Shown: positions 23,317 to 35,860 of the stretch, piece after piece
How the letters are laid out: the number at the start of each line of letters is the position of its first letter
Numbering within the stretch: the stretch's first letter is position 1
The notes under the pieces: generated by a model
What the model saw: only the letters and a program-made list of their open reading frames with translations
What the model was told of the DNA's origin: nothing
Database searches by the model: none
Program-made: the position numbers and the translations under genes
Assembly: GCA_041687695.1 (NCBI GenBank)
Contig: JAWLBL010000003.1
Location: forward strand, 23,660-87,659
From: Myxococcota bacterium
GTDB taxonomy: Bacteria; Myxococcota_A; UBA9042; PHBI01; JAWLBL01
DNA: 64,000 nucleotides
Direction of reading: 5' to 3'

Positions 23317-25026
23317 ATGCGCGCGACTTCGAAGCTTGCTGTGGTGATGATCGCGTCGGCCGCGTGGGGCGTCTCCGGCTGCGAGACGGCGCAGGTCGAT
23401 CCGCCGGTGGTGCTGCCCGACGTCTCGGTGCTCGAGGACGCCGCCGCCGAGTCCGACGCCGCCGCCGACGCGACCGAGCCCGCCGACGCCGACCCGCCCG
23501 ACGAGGGCGCGGCCGACCTGCCGCCGCCGCCCGCGGACGTGAACACGACGCCGCCGGACGCCAGCCTGGGCCAGCAGCCGGTCGGCGGCGTGTGCGCCTT
23601 CGACAAGGACTGCGAGGACGGCTACTGCAACACGGCCTACCCGGGCGGCTACTGCTCGGCCAAGTGCAGCAAGGACGCCGACTGCCCGGAGGCCAGCAAG
23701 TGCTTCGCCGACCCCAAGGGCGGCGGGAAGATGTGCTGGAAGGCGTGCCAGGGTGGGTGGGAGTGTCGGCTGGACCAGTTCTGCCCGGCGGGCGCGAACA
23801 TCTGCACGCCCAAGTGCCAGGAGGGCGACTGCAACCCGGGTTACGTGTGCGACGACCAGAGCGGGGTCTGCATCTTCGCCAACACGGCGCCCACCTGCGA
23901 GCCGACGCCCGAGGTGTGCAACGGCGTGGACGACGACTGCGACAAGGCGGTCGACGAGGGCTGCGGGGTGGTCATCCCGACCAACGAGACCACGCTGACC
24001 GAGGACCTCGGCCTGTGGCAGGTGGGCGGCGGCGGCCTGTCCAAGCCCATCTCGTTCAACGTCTCGGCCTCGGCCAGCGCGTTCACGGTGGTGGTGCTGG
24101 CGGCCGACGCCGAGCCGGACATCATGGTGGTCTGGGAGCTCAAGGGGCCGGGCGGCAAGGTGCTGGTCACCGGGACCGACCCGCTGGGCTCGGCCATCCG
24201 CTCCTTCCCGGGCGTGGGCGTGCTGACCGTGCAGGTGCCCAACACGCCCCTGGTGCAGGTCGAGGGCGGCAAGTACACGATGACGCTGTACCGCGAGGGG
24301 GACGTCAGCGAGGCCTGGGTGACGGTCATCCAGACGCTGCGCCAGGGGGCGACGCAGTCGAAGCTGGACGTGAACTTCTGGTTCGTCGGGGTGCCGGGCC
24401 TGAGCGCGGCGACGGCGCCGACCAACAGCAAGTTCCAGGGGCTGGTGGACACGTTCGAGGGCGTGCTGGCGCCCTTCGGCCTGACCCTGGGCAAGGTCGG
24501 CTACTACGACATCACCGGACAGGACGCGCAGAAGTACACGTACCTCGACACCGAGCAGGGCTACGTCATCGACGAGCACGGCGAGCTGCTGGCGCTGTCG
24601 AAGACGCTGCCGGCGGACAACCGGGGCGTGAACTTCTTCTTCGTCCAGGGCTTCAACGGCTGGGGGCTGCTGGGGCGCGCCGGCGGCATCCCGGGGCCGT
24701 CGCTGGTGCACGGGACGACCGGCTCGGGGGTGGCGGTCAGCATGCAGGACTACCTGTGGGGCGACATCGACACGACGGCGCACGCGATGGCGCACGAGCT
24801 GGGGCACCAGCTGGGGCTGTTCCACGTCAGCGAGCAGGATGGCTCGATGCACGACCCCATCCCGGACACGCCCGAGTGCAAGGACATGGACGGCAACGGG
24901 CAGCTGTGGCCCAACGAGTGCATCGGCAAGGGCGCCGACAACCTGATGTTCTGGAGCGCCCACAGCTCCGGGAAGTTGACCCCGGGGCAGCTGTACGTGA
25001 TCCACAAGAACGCCTGCCTGTACTGA
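23317..25026 (+). CDS. Cys-rich lipoprotein with C-terminal metzincin metalloprotease domain
   Basis: Lipobox VSGC, disulfide-rich region including EVCNGVDDDCD, HELGHQLGLFH zinc motif, DPIPDTP and NLM Met-turn. Confidence 0.8.
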   Translation: MRATSKLAVVMIASAAWGVSGCETAQVDPPVVLPDVSVLEDAAAESDAAADATEPADADPPDEGAADLPPPPADVNTTPPDASLGQQPVGGVCAFDKDCEDGYCNTAYPGGYCSAKCSKDADCPEASKCFADPKGGGKMCWKACQGGWECRLDQFCPAGANICTPKCQEGDCNPGYVCDDQSGVCIFANTAPTCEPTPEVCNGVDDDCDKAVDEGCGVVIPTNETTLTEDLGLWQVGGGGLSKPISFNVSASASAFTVVVLAADAEPDIMVVWELKGPGGKVLVTGTDPLGSAIRSFPGVGVLTVQVPNTPLVQVEGGKYTMTLYREGDVSEAWVTVIQTLRQGATQSKLDVNFWFVGVPGLSAATAPTNSKFQGLVDTFEGVLAPFGLTLGKVGYYDITGQDAQKYTYLDTEQGYVIDEHGELLALSKTLPADNRGVNFFFVQGFNGWGLLGRAGGIPGPSLVHGTTGSGVAVSMQDYLWGDIDTTAHAMAHELGHQLGLFHVSEQDGSMHDPIPDTPECKDMDGNGQLWPNECIGKGADNLMFWSAHSSGKLTPGQLYVIHKNACLY

Positions 25027-25134
25027 GAGCACGTCCGCCGGGGCCGCGGCGGAATCGGCGCCGGCGCCGGCCCGTTGCCCGGGCGGCGCGCATCACACGC
25101 CACCACGAGATCGACCGGCCCCATGGGGAATCCG

Positions 25135-25776
25135 ATGAAGCACCCAAGCACCTTCCCGCACCTGCGCGCCGCCCTGACCGCGGCGCTCGCCTTTGCCGCA
25201 GTGCTCGTCCTCGGCGGTGTGGCGAGCGCCAGCGAGAGCTTCGAGAAGCAGGAGCGGCGCCTGATGACCCTGCTGTCGGCTTACGAGTACGTGCCGAACA
25301 AGAAGGTCCTCGACCGGGTGGGGCCCGACGTCGACCTGCTGCTGGTCCGCATCGCCGGGCACCCCAAGCTGCGCCCGACGGTGCGCGTGCGCGCGATGAG
25401 CTCCATGGCGCTGTACCCGAACCCGCGGGTGCAGGGCTTTTTGCGCAGCCTGCTCCACGAGCGGCGGCTGAAGGGCACGCCCCTCGGGGTGCTGCTGCGG
25501 CGGCAGGCGATGCGCTCGCTGGCCTGGGCCTTCGGCGATGCCGCCGTGGACGATCTGGCGCCGCTGCGGCAAGATGCCGACCCGCAGATCCGAGAGGCCT
25601 GCGCCCGTGCCTACGGTGACAGCCAGAGCCGCCGGGCCATCGCCCTGCTCGAGGCCTGGCTTCCCCACGAGCCCGAGCTGTTCGTCCGCTCCGCGGTGGA
25701 CGACGCGCTGCAGCGGCTCAAGCGGACGACGCGGGACGAGGTCAACCATCCCCTGCCCGAGGAGATCGAGCGATGA
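25135..25776 (+). CDS. Secreted HEAT-repeat protein
   Basis: N-terminal signal/TM segment and HEAT-like repeats (DADPQIREACARAYG, EPELFVRSAV). ATGA-coupled to dapA. Confidence 0.7.
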   Translation: MKHPSTFPHLRAALTAALAFAAVLVLGGVASASESFEKQERRLMTLLSAYEYVPNKKVLDRVGPDVDLLLVRIAGHPKLRPTVRVRAMSSMALYPNPRVQGFLRSLLHERRLKGTPLGVLLRRQAMRSLAWAFGDAAVDDLAPLRQDADPQIREACARAYGDSQSRRAIALLEAWLPHEPELFVRSAVDDALQRLKRTTRDEVNHPLPEEIER

Positions 25777-26672
25777 GCCAGGCGCCGGACATGACGGGTA
25801 CCCACGCCGCCCTGTACACCCCCTTCGCCGCCGACGGGGCGGTCGATGTGCCGGCCCTGCGCGCCCTGTGCGAGCGCCTGGCCAGCGCGGGCGTCGGCCT
25901 GGTCCCCTGCGGCACGACCGGCGAGACGCCGACCCTGTCGGGGCAGGAGTACGCCCTGGTGGTCCGCACCGCGGTCGAGGTCGCCGCCGGGCGCGTCCCC
26001 GTCATCGCCGGCACGGGCTCGAACGACACGGCCAAGACCGTGAAGCTGACGCGCCACGCGCGCGAGCTGGGCGCGCAGGCGGCCCTGGTCGTCACGCCGT
26101 ACTACAACAAGCCCCCGCAGCGGTCGCTGCTGGCGCACTACCAGGCCGTGGCCGACGACGGCGGGCTGCCGGTCATCCTGTACAACGTCCCGGCGCGCAC
26201 CGGCTGCAACATGACGGCCGAGACGACCCTGCGCCTGGCCGAGCACCCGAACGTCATCGCGACCAAGGAGGCCGCCGGCAACCTGGACCAGCTGCAGGCC
26301 ATCATCGCCGACGCGCCGGCCGGCTTCCGCGTCCTCTCGGGCGACGACGCCTGGACGCTGCCGCTGGTGCTGCTGGGCGGCCACGGCGTCATCAGCGTGG
26401 CCGCCAACGTGGCCCCCAAGGCGATGGTCCAGCTGACCCGGGCGGCCCTGGACGGGGACCTCCCCGCCGCGCGCGCCGCGCAAAAGCGCCTGCTTCCGCT
26501 GTTCAAGGCCCTGTTCCTGACGACCAACCCCATCCCGGTCAAGCGGGCCGCGGCGCTGCTGGGGCACGCGGGGGCCGAGCTGCGCCTGCCGCTGACGTCC
26601 GACGCCTGCGACGAGGCCATCGTGCAGGCGCTGCGCGAGGCGCTGACCCAGGCCGGCGAGGCCCTGGCGTGA
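25773..26672 (+). CDS. dapA: 4-hydroxy-tetrahydrodipicolinate synthase
   Basis: CGTTGE, AGTGSN, VTPYYNKP, LYNVPARTG, KEA, SGDD and NPIPVK motifs. Confidence 0.97.
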   Translation: MSQAPDMTGTHAALYTPFAADGAVDVPALRALCERLASAGVGLVPCGTTGETPTLSGQEYALVVRTAVEVAAGRVPVIAGTGSNDTAKTVKLTRHARELGAQAALVVTPYYNKPPQRSLLAHYQAVADDGGLPVILYNVPARTGCNMTAETTLRLAEHPNVIATKEAAGNLDQLQAIIADAPAGFRVLSGDDAWTLPLVLLGGHGVISVAANVAPKAMVQLTRAALDGDLPAARAAQKRLLPLFKALFLTTNPIPVKRAAALLGHAGAELRLPLTSDACDEAIVQALREALTQAGEALA

Positions 26673-27409
26673 GCCGGCTGGCCATCGTCGGCGCTGGCGG
26701 CCGCATGGGCCAGCGGCTGGTGGCGCTCGCGCCCGAGGTCGGGCTGACGGCGGCGGCCCAGGTCGACCAGGGCGGCCCCGCGCTGAGCGAGGTCGACCCC
26801 GGCGGCGTGGACGCGGTCATCGACTTCTCGGTGCACGCCCAGGCGCCCGGGACGGCCGCCTGGTGCGCCGAGCACGGGGTCCCGCTGGTCCTCGGGACGA
26901 CGGGGCTGGACCCGGCCCAGCGCGAGGCGGTGGCCGGCGCGGCGCAGCGGGTCGCGGTCGTGCACGCGCCCAACTTCTCGGTCGGTGTCAACGCCCTGTT
27001 CGCCCTGGTGGGGCAGATGGCCAAGCTGCTCGGCCCCGGGTGGGACCTCGAGGTGGTCGAGGCGCACCACAGGCACAAGGTCGACGCGCCCAGCGGCACC
27101 GCCCGGCAGCTGGGCGTGCACCTGGCCGAGGCGCGCGGGTGGGACTACGACGACGTGGTGCGCGGCGGGCGCGACGGGCTGGTCGGCGCGCGGCCGGATC
27201 GCGAGATCGGCATGGCGGTGGTGCGCGGCGGCGACGTGGTCGGCGAGCACACCGTCTTGTACCTGAGCACGGGAGAGCAGGTGTCCATCGGCCACCGGGC
27301 GACCGACCGCGACATCTTCGCGCGCGGCGCCCTGCGCGCGGCCGGGTGGCTGCTGGCGGCCCCTCGGTCGCCCGGGCTGTACTCGATGCAGGACGTGCTG
27401 CGCGGGTGA
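26669..27409 (+). CDS. dapB: 4-hydroxy-tetrahydrodipicolinate reductase
   Basis: GTGA overlap. GAGGRMG, IDFS, GTTG, APNFSVG, EAHHRHKVDAPSGTA and RGGDVVGEH motifs. Confidence 0.97.
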   Translation: MSRLAIVGAGGRMGQRLVALAPEVGLTAAAQVDQGGPALSEVDPGGVDAVIDFSVHAQAPGTAAWCAEHGVPLVLGTTGLDPAQREAVAGAAQRVAVVHAPNFSVGVNALFALVGQMAKLLGPGWDLEVVEAHHRHKVDAPSGTARQLGVHLAEARGWDYDDVVRGGRDGLVGARPDREIGMAVVRGGDVVGEHTVLYLSTGEQVSIGHRATDRDIFARGALRAAGWLLAAPRSPGLYSMQDVLRG

Positions 27410-27413
27410 CCGC

Positions 27414-28024
27414 TTGAGCGTCCCGCGCGAGCACCACGAGGCCCTGTACGCGGCCTACGTCGCCGAGCTCGAGGCGCGCTGGCCGGGCTTTCGCGTCATG
27501 GACAAGCGCGACAGCCCCTTCTGCCGGCTGATCGACCGGCTGCTGCGGGCCATCACCTTCGGCGGGCAGCGTGGTTTTCTGACGCAGTACATCACCACCT
27601 TCGGGCGGCGCATCTACGTCCCCGAGAGCTGGGAGCGCCTGCCGGCGGGCGAGCGCTACTGCATCCTGCGCCATGAGGCCGTCCACGTCGCGCAGTTCCG
27701 CGCCCTGACCTGGCCGGGCATCACCCTGGTCTACCTGCTCTTGCCTGTGCCGGTCGGCTTCGCCGCGGGCCGCGCCTTCCTCGAGTGGCAGGGCTACCGC
27801 GAGACGCTCACCGCGACCTGGCAGGTCGAGGGGCCCGAGGCGGCCCGCAACCCCGCGCTCCATCAGCGGATCGTGGCCCGCTTCACCGGGCCCGATTACG
27901 TCTGGATGTGGGTTCGTGCTAAAACGGTGCGAGCGGCGATCGCCCGGCACCTCGCGCGCCTCGAGCAAGCGCCGCCCCCGCCGCTCGTCGTCCTCGCCTC
28001 CCCGGAGGGATCCCGGCCCCGCCC

Positions 28025-28028
<4 letters not shown>
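27414..28028 (+). CDS. Hypothetical protein with HExxH motif (possible metallopeptidase)
   Basis: TTG start, YITTFGRRIYVP, ILRHEAVHVAQF and a downstream EWQGY. Lies within the operon. Confidence 0.65.
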
Positions 28029-31299
<3,271 letters not shown>

Positions 31300-31388
31300 A
31301 AATTGGACGCGTGGGGGGCCCGCCCGTAGGCTGCCTTCGTCGACGGGGAGGCATCCGAGCCCTGCATGGAGGATCCCGCGTGAGCAGC

Positions 31389-31697
31389 ATGCGTAAGACG
31401 ACCACCCGGACGGCGACGACCACGCGTCGCGACGTCCACAAAGCGCTCCGCAAGGCGGAGCTGACCCGCGAGGAGGAGCTCGTGCTCCGCCTCCGCCACG
31501 GCCTGAGCGAGCCTGGCGCGACCCACCTCGAGTTTCGAGGCACCACCCACCCCGAGCTGGCCGCCAAGCTGGCGCTCATCGAGGCCGACGCGCTGGCCCA
31601 CATGCGCCCGCACGTCGCCGTGCAGGTCGAGGCGGCGGCGGAGACGGGCAACGGCGAGCTGAAGCAGTCGATCATCGACAAGCTGAAGAAGCTGTAG
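31389..31697 (+). CDS. Small protein resembling sigma70 region 4
   Basis: LTREEELVLRLRHGL...IEADALAHMR. GGAGG upstream; alternative GTG start at 31380. Confidence 0.65.
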   Translation: MRKTTTRTATTTRRDVHKALRKAELTREEELVLRLRHGLSEPGATHLEFRGTTHPELAAKLALIEADALAHMRPHVAVQVEAAAETGNGELKQSIIDKLKKL

Positions 31698-31714
31698 CAG
31701 CCTGACCGACATTG

Positions 31715-31802
31715 GGGCTCCGCTTCGGCGGAAGCCCGTTGCAGCCCGCTCCGCGGTGACTGCGCTCGGGGCTCCTTCGGGAGCCCCGCTTCGTTTCGAA
31801 GC
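31715..31802. terminator. Three-hairpin structure between convergent genes
   Basis: GGGCT-CCGC-TTCG-GCGG-AAGCCC, GGGGCTCC-TTCG-GGAGCCCC and GCTTCG-TTT-CGAAGC. Confidence 0.5.
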
Positions 31803-31815
31803 CTCTGGCCCTGGG

Positions 31816-33621
31816 CTAACGGGCCAGGCGCCGCGCGTCCTCGGCGGGCAGACGGTAGACGCCCAGCGTGATGACGGGCGTGTGCTTGAAGTGGGCGCTG
31901 TAGGGGCGGCTGGCGAAGGTGCGGGTCTCGACGGGCTCGAGGCCGTCGAGCCAGCTGCAGGGTGGGGCCCCCTCGATGGCGCAGTCGAGGCCACGGTAGG
32001 CCAACAGGCACGTGCCGCGCTCGATGAGCTCGTCGAGGGGCGGCCTGTGGTCGTCGGGCGAGGTGACCCGCACCTGGCCGAGGGGGCCGCCGAAGAGGGC
32101 CGTCGTGAGCGTCGTGGGGTCGCCGGGGCGCTGCATGAACAGGCGCTCGCTCTCGAGCGGACGGGCCATGAAGGCGCAGTCGGGGTAGCGGGCCATCACC
32201 TCGAGGAGGTAGCGGCCCTCGATCTGCAGGTTCTGGGCGAGCGGCGAGGGGGCGCCGGGCCTCGCGTCGGCGACGCTGTCGCCGGGGAGCAAGGACTTGC
32301 GGGGCGTGACGAACGCCAGCGGGACGAGGGCGAGGACGGCGAGGCGGCGCCAGGCGGGGGGCCAGGCGCGTCGCAGGGCGAGGGCCTCGAGCTCGCGCCA
32401 GCCGAAGACGGCCAGGAGCAGGGCGAAGGGGAGCAGGTTCATCAGGTAGCGCGCCATCTCGAAGGCGGCCGTGCCCTGGTGGGCGCCGTCGTGATAGGCG
32501 CGGTAGACGACGACGAGGGCGAAGGGGGCGAGGCCGAAGGGGAGGAGCTTGCGCAGGGCGTGGGCGAGGCCGAGCAGGACGAGGGCGACGCCGGGCAGCG
32601 GGAGGAACGTGGCGAGGTCGCTCGGGAGGCGGAGGAAGCTCGGGTTGAGGGGGCTGAGGGCGGCGCCCCCGTAGCCGAAGGCGTCGAGGTGGAGGAGCAG
32701 ACTGACGGCCGCGAGGGCGAGGCCGACGGCGACGAGGCGGGGCGCGGGGCCCAGGGCGAGGGCCTTCAGGCGCATCCAGAGGGCGTCGGCGGCGGCCTGG
32801 ACGCGGGCGTCGCCCCAGCGGAGGCAGGCGAGCTGGGTGAGCGTGAGGCCGAGGCCGAAGGCGGCGAGCTCCAGGCGCGTCGTGGCCAGCAGGGTCGTGA
32901 GCAGCAGGAGCGTGGCGGTCGCGAGGGGGCGGGCCCGGTGGTCGGAGGGGTGCTCGAACAGGGCCACGGCGGGGAGGGTGAGCAGGGCGAGGAGGGCGAC
33001 GAGGGGCGACGGGGCGGTCGAGAGGGCGCCGAACAGGGTGGCGTCGTTGAGGCCGAGGCCGAGCGTGAAGAGGGCGGCGAGCCACCAGCGGCCCAGAACG
33101 TGCCAGGACACGCCGAAGAGGCCGATGAGCCAGAGGCCCGTCAGCAGGAGCTGGCCCTGGATGAGCTCGACGACGGCTGGATCGGCGGCGGCGCTGAGGG
33201 CTTCGGTCACCCAGCGCGGCGTCGGGCCGCTGTGGAAGTTGCGGCCGTGGACGAGGTTCAGGGTCTGGAGGGTCGTGCCTTCCTGAAGGAGCGTGACGTG
33301 CTCGGGGCCGAGGGCGAGGCCGGGGATGAAGGCCCAGGCGGCGGCCCAGGCCGCGGCGAGGCCCAGGGTCAGCGCGACGCGGCGGCGGCGCGTCCGGTCG
33401 CCGCGGGCCCACCGGTCGAGGCAGAGGCCGGCGCCGAGGAGGGCCGGGGCGACGCAGGCGGTCAGGGCGAGGTCGACCCACGTGGGGTCGGCGTCGCGAC
33501 CTGTCGTGAGGAAGGTCACGACGCCGCCAAGGGCCGCGACGAGCGGGAGCGCGAGCGGCGCGGGCGGAGGGCCAGGCGGCGAGCCGGATTGGGCGCGTGA
33601 GTGGTCGGCGGCGAGGGTCAC
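31816..33621 (-). CDS. Polytopic membrane protein, possible GT-C (ArnT/PMT-like) glycosyltransferase
   Basis: About 12 hydrophobic segments, TRLE and ARYL motifs, soluble C-terminal domain. Divergent from the Arn-like genes. Start uncertain (GTG 33621). Confidence 0.55.
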   Translation of the reverse strand: MTLAADHSRAQSGSPPGPPPAPLALPLVAALGGVVTFLTTGRDADPTWVDLALTACVAPALLGAGLCLDRWARGDRTRRRRVALTLGLAAAWAAAWAFIPGLALGPEHVTLLQEGTTLQTLNLVHGRNFHSGPTPRWVTEALSAAADPAVVELIQGQLLLTGLWLIGLFGVSWHVLGRWWLAALFTLGLGLNDATLFGALSTAPSPLVALLALLTLPAVALFEHPSDHRARPLATATLLLLTTLLATTRLELAAFGLGLTLTQLACLRWGDARVQAAADALWMRLKALALGPAPRLVAVGLALAAVSLLLHLDAFGYGGAALSPLNPSFLRLPSDLATFLPLPGVALVLLGLAHALRKLLPFGLAPFALVVVYRAYHDGAHQGTAAFEMARYLMNLLPFALLLAVFGWRELEALALRRAWPPAWRRLAVLALVPLAFVTPRKSLLPGDSVADARPGAPSPLAQNLQIEGRYLLEVMARYPDCAFMARPLESERLFMQRPGDPTTLTTALFGGPLGQVRVTSPDDHRPPLDELIERGTCLLAYRGLDCAIEGAPPCSWLDGLEPVETRTFASRPYSAHFKHTPVITLGVYRLPAEDARRLAR

Positions 33622-33742
33622 GGGGCGAGCATATGCAAGGGGTGCGACGGGGCCAAGGGCAGCCCGGGGGGGCGACGGGGGGCGTGCCGAGGCGGCGGGG
33701 GGCCGTTGCGGGGAGCCTCGAGGGTCCCTAAGCTGGCGGGTC

Positions 33743-35860
33743 ATGGGGGGAAACAACGGGGGGGAGCGGGTCCTCGTCACGGGGGGCGCCGGGTTCATCG
33801 GGGCGGCGCTGACGCGGCGGCTGCTCACCGAAGGGTGCCGGGTCGTGGTGGCCGACGTGGGCGGGTTCGAGCGGCTGGCGGAGGTCGGCGGCGAGGTCGA
33901 GCGGGTCACGGCCGATGTGGGCGACGCGGCGGCGATGGACGCGCTGGTGGCGCAGGTGGATCGGGTGGCGCACCTGGCGGCGGTGGTCGGGGTGGCCGAG
34001 TACGTGACGCGGCCCGACGAGGTGCTGGAGACCAACGTCCTGGGGACGCGCAACGTGCTGCGGGCGTGCGCGCGGCGCGGGCGGCCCGTGCTGGTGGCCA
34101 GCACCAGCGAGGTCTACGGCAAGAGCGGGGTGCTGCTGGAGGAGGCGGGGTCCAGCGTCCTGGGGCCGGCGACCACGCCGCGCTGGAGCTATGCGGTGTC
34201 CAAGGCGGCGGGCGAGGCCTGGGCGGCCGCGCTGGGGCGGCGCGGGCTGGACTTCACGCTGGTGCGCTACTTCAACGTGTACGGGCCGCGCATGGACGCG
34301 CCGGGCGAGGGGCGGGTCATCAGCCGCTTTCTGGGGGCGCTGCAGGCGGGCGAGCCGTTGCCGCTGGTGGACGGCGGACGCGCGGTGCGGGCCTTCTGCT
34401 ACGTCGACGACGCGGTCGAGGCCACGGCGCGGCTGCTGCTCGGCCTGGCGCCGGGGGCGGCGCACCATCGGGCCATCGTCAACGTCGGCCGCGACGAGCC
34501 GGTCACCATCCGTGACCTGGCCGAGCGCATGGTCGCGCTGTCGGGCCACCGCGCGGGCGTGATCGAGCGCTCGGGCGAGGCGGTCTTCGGGGCCGGGTTC
34601 GAGGAGATCCCGCGGCGCTTGCCCGACCTGCGGCGGCTCGAGGCGGCCACCGGCTTCGTCGCGCGCGTGTCGCTGGACGAGGGGCTGCGTCGCGTGCTGG
34701 ACCACTGGGGGCTGCTGGCCGAGGCGGCGTCGGCCCCGCCGCGCCCGACGCTGCCCGCGATCCGGCCCGCGCTGGCGCCGAGCGAGCGGCTGGTCCAGCG
34801 CCTGACCGACGCCCTGGCCAGCGGCCGCGTCAGCAACGACGGCCCGCTGGCGACGACGCTCGAGGCGTCGCTGACCCTGGCGCTGGGCGCGCCCGACGGC
34901 GCCCTGGTCGGGTCGGGCAGCGCGGCCCTTCTCCTGGCGATGCTGGCCTTGCGCCTCGGTCCGGGCGCGGCCCTGGTGCCCTCGTTCACCTTCGCCGCCA
35001 GCGCCTCGGCGGTCGTCCACGCCGGCCTGCGGCCCGTCTTCTGCGACGTCGACCCCCGCACCTGGACGCTGTGCCCCGACGCCGTGGCCGCGGCCCTGGC
35101 GCGCACCCCCGACGTCCGCGCCATCGTGGCCGTCAACGCCTACGGCGTCCCGCCCGACCTCGCGCGCCTGGCCGCCCTGGCGCGCAGCGTGGGCGCTGCG
35201 CTGGTCTACGACGCGGCCCACGGCCTGGGCACCGAGGTCGGCGGCCGGCGCTTCGATCCGGCGCCGGACTTCACCTGCTACAGCCTGCACGCGACCAAGG
35301 TGCTGGCGGCCGTGGAGGGGGGCCTCGTGGTCGGCGCGGACCCGACGCGGATGGCCGAGGTGCGGCGCCTGCGAGGCCACGGGAAGGCCGCCGACCCGCT
35401 CGCCTCGGGGCCGGGCCTCAACGCCCGCATGTCCGAGCTGCACGCCGCGGTCGGCCTCGAGTCGCTCGACCGCCTGCCCGAGCACCTGGCGAGCCGGGGC
35501 GTGGCCGCTGGGCGCCTGCGCGCGGCCGCCTCGGCGACCGGGCGGTTCACGCTGCAGCGCCTGCCCGACGACGTGCGCACCAACCACCAGAACCTGGCCG
35601 TGCTGTGGGCCGCGCCGGACCGCGCGCCGACCGAGGCCGTCGTGGCCGCCTTCGCGCGCCGAGGCGTCGAGGCGCGGCGCTATTTCTGGCCGCCCCTGCA
35701 CCGGATGCCGGCCTGGCGCGCGCCGACCGGGGATCTGAGCGTGACCGACGACATCGCCGAGCGCGTCCTCTGCCTGCCGCTGTACAGCCGCATGCGGCAG
35801 GACGAGGTCGCCGCCGTCGAGGCGGCCATCGCCGAAGTGGCCCGCGAGCTGGCGCCGTGA
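33743..35860 (+). CDS. Fusion: ArnA-decarboxylase-like SDR domain + DegT/ArnB-like PLP aminotransferase
   Basis: N-terminal [42 protein letters not shown]-terminal PSFTFAAS, YDAAHG, SLHATK, EGG, CLPLY. Confidence 0.85.
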   Translation: MGGNNGGERVLVTGGAGFIGAALTRRLLTEGCRVVVADVGGFERLAEVGGEVERVTADVGDAAAMDALVAQVDRVAHLAAVVGVAEYVTRPDEVLETNVLGTRNVLRACARRGRPVLVASTSEVYGKSGVLLEEAGSSVLGPATTPRWSYAVSKAAGEAWAAALGRRGLDFTLVRYFNVYGPRMDAPGEGRVISRFLGALQAGEPLPLVDGGRAVRAFCYVDDAVEATARLLLGLAPGAAHHRAIVNVGRDEPVTIRDLAERMVALSGHRAGVIERSGEAVFGAGFEEIPRRLPDLRRLEAATGFVARVSLDEGLRRVLDHWGLLAEAASAPPRPTLPAIRPALAPSERLVQRLTDALASGRVSNDGPLATTLEASLTLALGAPDGALVGSGSAALLLAMLALRLGPGAALVPSFTFAASASAVVHAGLRPVFCDVDPRTWTLCPDAVAAALARTPDVRAIVAVNAYGVPPDLARLAALARSVGAALVYDAAHGLGTEVGGRRFDPAPDFTCYSLHATKVLAAVEGGLVVGADPTRMAEVRRLRGHGKAADPLASGPGLNARMSELHAAVGLESLDRLPEHLASRGVAAGRLRAAASATGRFTLQRLPDDVRTNHQNLAVLWAAPDRAPTEAVVAAFARRGVEARRYFWPPLHRMPAWRAPTGDLSVTDDIAERVLCLPLYSRMRQDEVAAVEAAIAEVARELAP

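Noticed and set aside
31300..31380. sigma54 promoter for the sigma4-like gene
   Set aside because: The GG and GC dinucleotides in the candidate TGG/AGGCA sites are not at the required GG-N10-GC spacing.
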